Shown here: piece after piece, positions 61,078-64,000 of the stretch
Position numbering within the stretch: the stretch's first letter is position 1
Layout of the letters: each line of letters opens with the position of its first letter
Assembly: GCA_037379345.1 (NCBI GenBank)
Contig: CM074513.1
Coordinates: 40,110,885-40,174,884 of the forward strand
Source of the DNA: Perna viridis
Taxonomy: Eukaryota
DNA: 64,000 bases
Direction of reading: 5' to 3'
Position numbers and translations under genes: made by a program
Notes under the pieces: model-generated
Told to the model about the DNA's origin: nothing
Database searches by the model: none
What the model saw: the letters and a program-made list of their open reading frames with translations, nothing else

Positions 61078-63700
61078 AGAAGTGTTATTTAGCTTAGTTG
61101 ATATGAATTCAGTAGTCATATAAATTGTTTTTTGTTAAATATTATGTACATGTTGCCATGGTGTTGACCTTTTGACCCCCCCAAGCTTCACTGTGACATT
61201 TGAGATTTTTACCTCAGCTGTGCTGTTAATTGTAACCATGGTTTCACACTGTGTATGTGCCTTTTTGAATGGAGAACTATTTTGCTGTACATATATATAT
61301 TTTATCATTGTTGACACAATGTTTGTATCTCATTTTTTGTTATTGTTACTGTACAATACACACATTGTTATTTTCTGTAGAAACAAGATGCCTATCTCAT
61401 TTTCTATTGCGTGACCAGAATTGCAAATATAATTCTAAGAAAGGTAACTCCAGATACTTTATGTTGTTCATGAGTGTAAAAAATTTGTCTCACCTGAATA
61501 AAAATTTTTAAAAAAAATTAAAAAAAAGGAAGTGGGTGACATTAAATTTTCATACTTAATTTTAACTTAAAAATAGAAAAAAGTTGAATTTTTAATTTAT
61601 TATATTAAGTTCTGTTGAAAATTTTGAAGAATCTGAAAGTAGATTTACATAGTTGTTAATTCACTGTAGTAATCTTTGATTTTGTTACACACAGTTTTCA
61701 TTAGTTCCTACTGTTGTAGATTAGGTACCCTGATCTACTTAGTTTGATAAATTCATTTCATTTGGTTTAAATTTTATAACTAAGAACAGTCCATGTGACA
61801 ATGTAAAAATGGAAATTGAATAGTTAAGTCAACTGCCAAGCAAGTGCTACACTATATTAATCTCAGACTTCTAAAAAAAAGGTTGCAGGTAATGGGTTTT
61901 AATGTAGTGCTCACTAATATTGTTATTAATTTTATTCTCATCATTTACAGTTGTTAAAACATCTGTAGTCTTTACTTCAGGTGCCACTTGTACTACTGAA
62001 AAATTTCTACTCAATAAAGCACAAGATTTCTTTGAATATGGGTATATGGAAATTGCAAAATTATATAGTTTTGTTTTTATTTTACATTTATTATTATTAC
62101 TTATCTTGTGTTTTGAAAAGGCAACTATTTGGTAAGAGATAAAAGGATCATCTAATAGTTTTTTTTCAGAAACCAATGTAAAAATAATGTTTGTACTTTT
62201 AATACATATACTAAATAAGAGGTATTTCTACTTTTAATACTTTATAATGATTTATATTGTGTGAGATTTGTCTAGAAGAGTATTTTTCTTTGATATGTGC
62301 CTATAAATGTGTTTTTATACTGGAAGTGTACCTTTAAGATCTCTTCATTATGACATGGTGAAAACTCAAAAACTATATTTTGTTAGGAACATGTAAACTG
62401 TACTTACATAGCTTGAGACAGAGAAACATTGAATTCAGACAAAAATTAGTTAATTAAATAACTACCATATTTTTCAGTAAAAAAATCTACCATTCATCAA
62501 TTTAAATGTCAAAAGTATGGTACTGCTTTTTATAAAACAGACCAGTAGACCTATAATAGTGTTTATACTGTTAATCATTTTAATATAATTATGTTTCATT
62601 TCATCATTGAGTAAATTGTTTGTACAGATTTTTTGGTTGATGAATTTTCAACAACTGGACTTGGTGCTGGAGAATTTTTAAAATTTTCTGCTTTCTATGG
62701 GAAAGTGTGCCATGAAAATTGACAACAGAAATCAACATGTGTGTTTTACAAATATTATACTCTCTCTAGATTTCACTGGTCTTGGTGAAACAGAAAATAT
62801 GAAATCTAGAGCCCTGTTAGTAAATAAAACCAAAGTCACAAGTCCAATGTAAACTGTTATTACTACCAGTAGGATTTACTGGCGTAGTAATTCCCCATTT
62901 TTATGCAAAATATCATTTAATTTCTCCTTAGACAGTCGAGAGAAATATGTCAATTTGTTTTACAACTCTATTTTCAATACTTCAAATGATTAAACAAAGT
63001 CTTTATCTCAGGGAGATAGTCAGGAAAATAAACAAAAAGCAAGAAATTTGCATTTTACTTGTTTTGATCAGATCCTCATTTGTCTTTTGTTTAAAAAGAT
63101 TAAAATAATTGGATTTACTCCAAGGTTACTTGAAGTACCAATGATGCAAAACTACTAGGAATGATTACCAATTAATTTCTTTAAATTTAGAATTCATCAG
63201 GTAATAAATGTGGCTGAGTTCTGAGAGTTTTTTTAAGTAGAAATTGTCCTTTTGCCAGGTTTGTGCAGGTAATACAAGAATATGTGATTTTTCGAGTTGG
63301 CTATAAAAATTTATTAAAATCATTAAAATGGGAGTTTGAAATACTTGGATATGTTTTTTTCCGGTGGTGTTATATTTACTACTTCCCTTTTGTACTTTTT
63401 CAGTATAATTGTAGGTATTGTGTTAATGTTATTTATTGTAAAAAGGTAACTACAGTGTCACCCATTCACCAGAACATAGTAATCCCACAAGTGCTAAATA
63501 AAAGTGCTGATGTTTACCCAGTTATAATATAAATATTAAATCATGTTCCAGTATTCAAATTTATGATTAATGCTTGACACATTTTTGAAAATTATTTTTA
63601 TGTACACAAGTGTATTAATGCATAAACAAAAATGTTTCATCACTGTCACATTGTAAATATACCAAAAAAGAAAATAAAAAATAAAGCTTGTATTATTGAG
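61078..63700 (+). other. MEF2: MEF2 3' UTR (about 2.6 kb, approximate end)
   Basis: AU-rich stretch with no obvious repeats after the stop codon. It ends at tandem AATAAA followed by a GT/T-rich element. Confidence 0.6.
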
Positions 63701-63720
63701 AGTTTGTTGTTTTCTTTTTT
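63673..63720 (+). terminator. Polyadenylation signal (two AATAAA plus downstream GU/U-rich element)
   Basis: AATAAA at 63673-63678 and 63680-63685, then gtttgttgttttctttttt from about 63702, with TGTA motifs upstream. Confidence 0.65.
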
Positions 63721-64000
63721 AGTTTGTGCCTTAATTAGTCTAATGCACTGGGGGAAAAATCATGCGAATCCAATTTTCAAAGATTTCAGTCTGTTTTTCT
63801 AGATCTAACTCTTCATGTCGAAATTGATTCACCAACTTCCACCTGCCTTTCATTAATAGACTATGTAGGCTATTGACAAAGTAGTTCTTGCCTCAAGTTC
63901 TTTTTAAGATTAAGTAAAGGTCTTTGGCTTAAACATACCATAGAATCCGTTAAAATGGAACATTCTGTTTCACTAGCACATAACCTCACAGCTTGTAGTA

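Overview
This is AT-rich (about 30% GC by eye), CpG-depleted animal genomic DNA. The repeat content (V-SINE, Meta-domain SINE, Helentron-associated elements) points to a mollusc, probably a bivalve. One gene spans nearly the whole window: a + strand MEF2 (MADS-box transcription factor). It has 8 coding exons (38302-38355, 43008-43211, 51649-51789, 55212-55419, 55917-56098, 57845-57950, 60159-60324, 60783-61077). All junctions are GT-AG with compatible phases, giving 1356 nt and 451 aa. The 3' UTR runs to about 63700, and about 38 kb upstream is non-coding (5' UTR introns and candidate alternative first exons). Introns hold LINE fragments, SINEs, MITEs and tandem repeats. Three observations stand out. 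(1) Two full-length, TSD-flanked copies of a ~505-bp Meta-domain SINE lack a tRNA head and instead begin at the same base with a compact double-pseudoknot RNA module, a candidate ribozyme or other 5'-end-defining RNA. (2) The two copies are inverted and bracket exactly the three DNA-binding-domain exons, predicting a 472-nt circRNA that could encode a 135-aa MEF2 with no activation domain. (3) The end of coding exon 5 is triplicated, creating a candidate in-frame 27-nt microexon in the intron that appears equivalent to the one holding the vertebrate MEF2 beta exon. All structural and functional claims are by-eye inferences and need testing.
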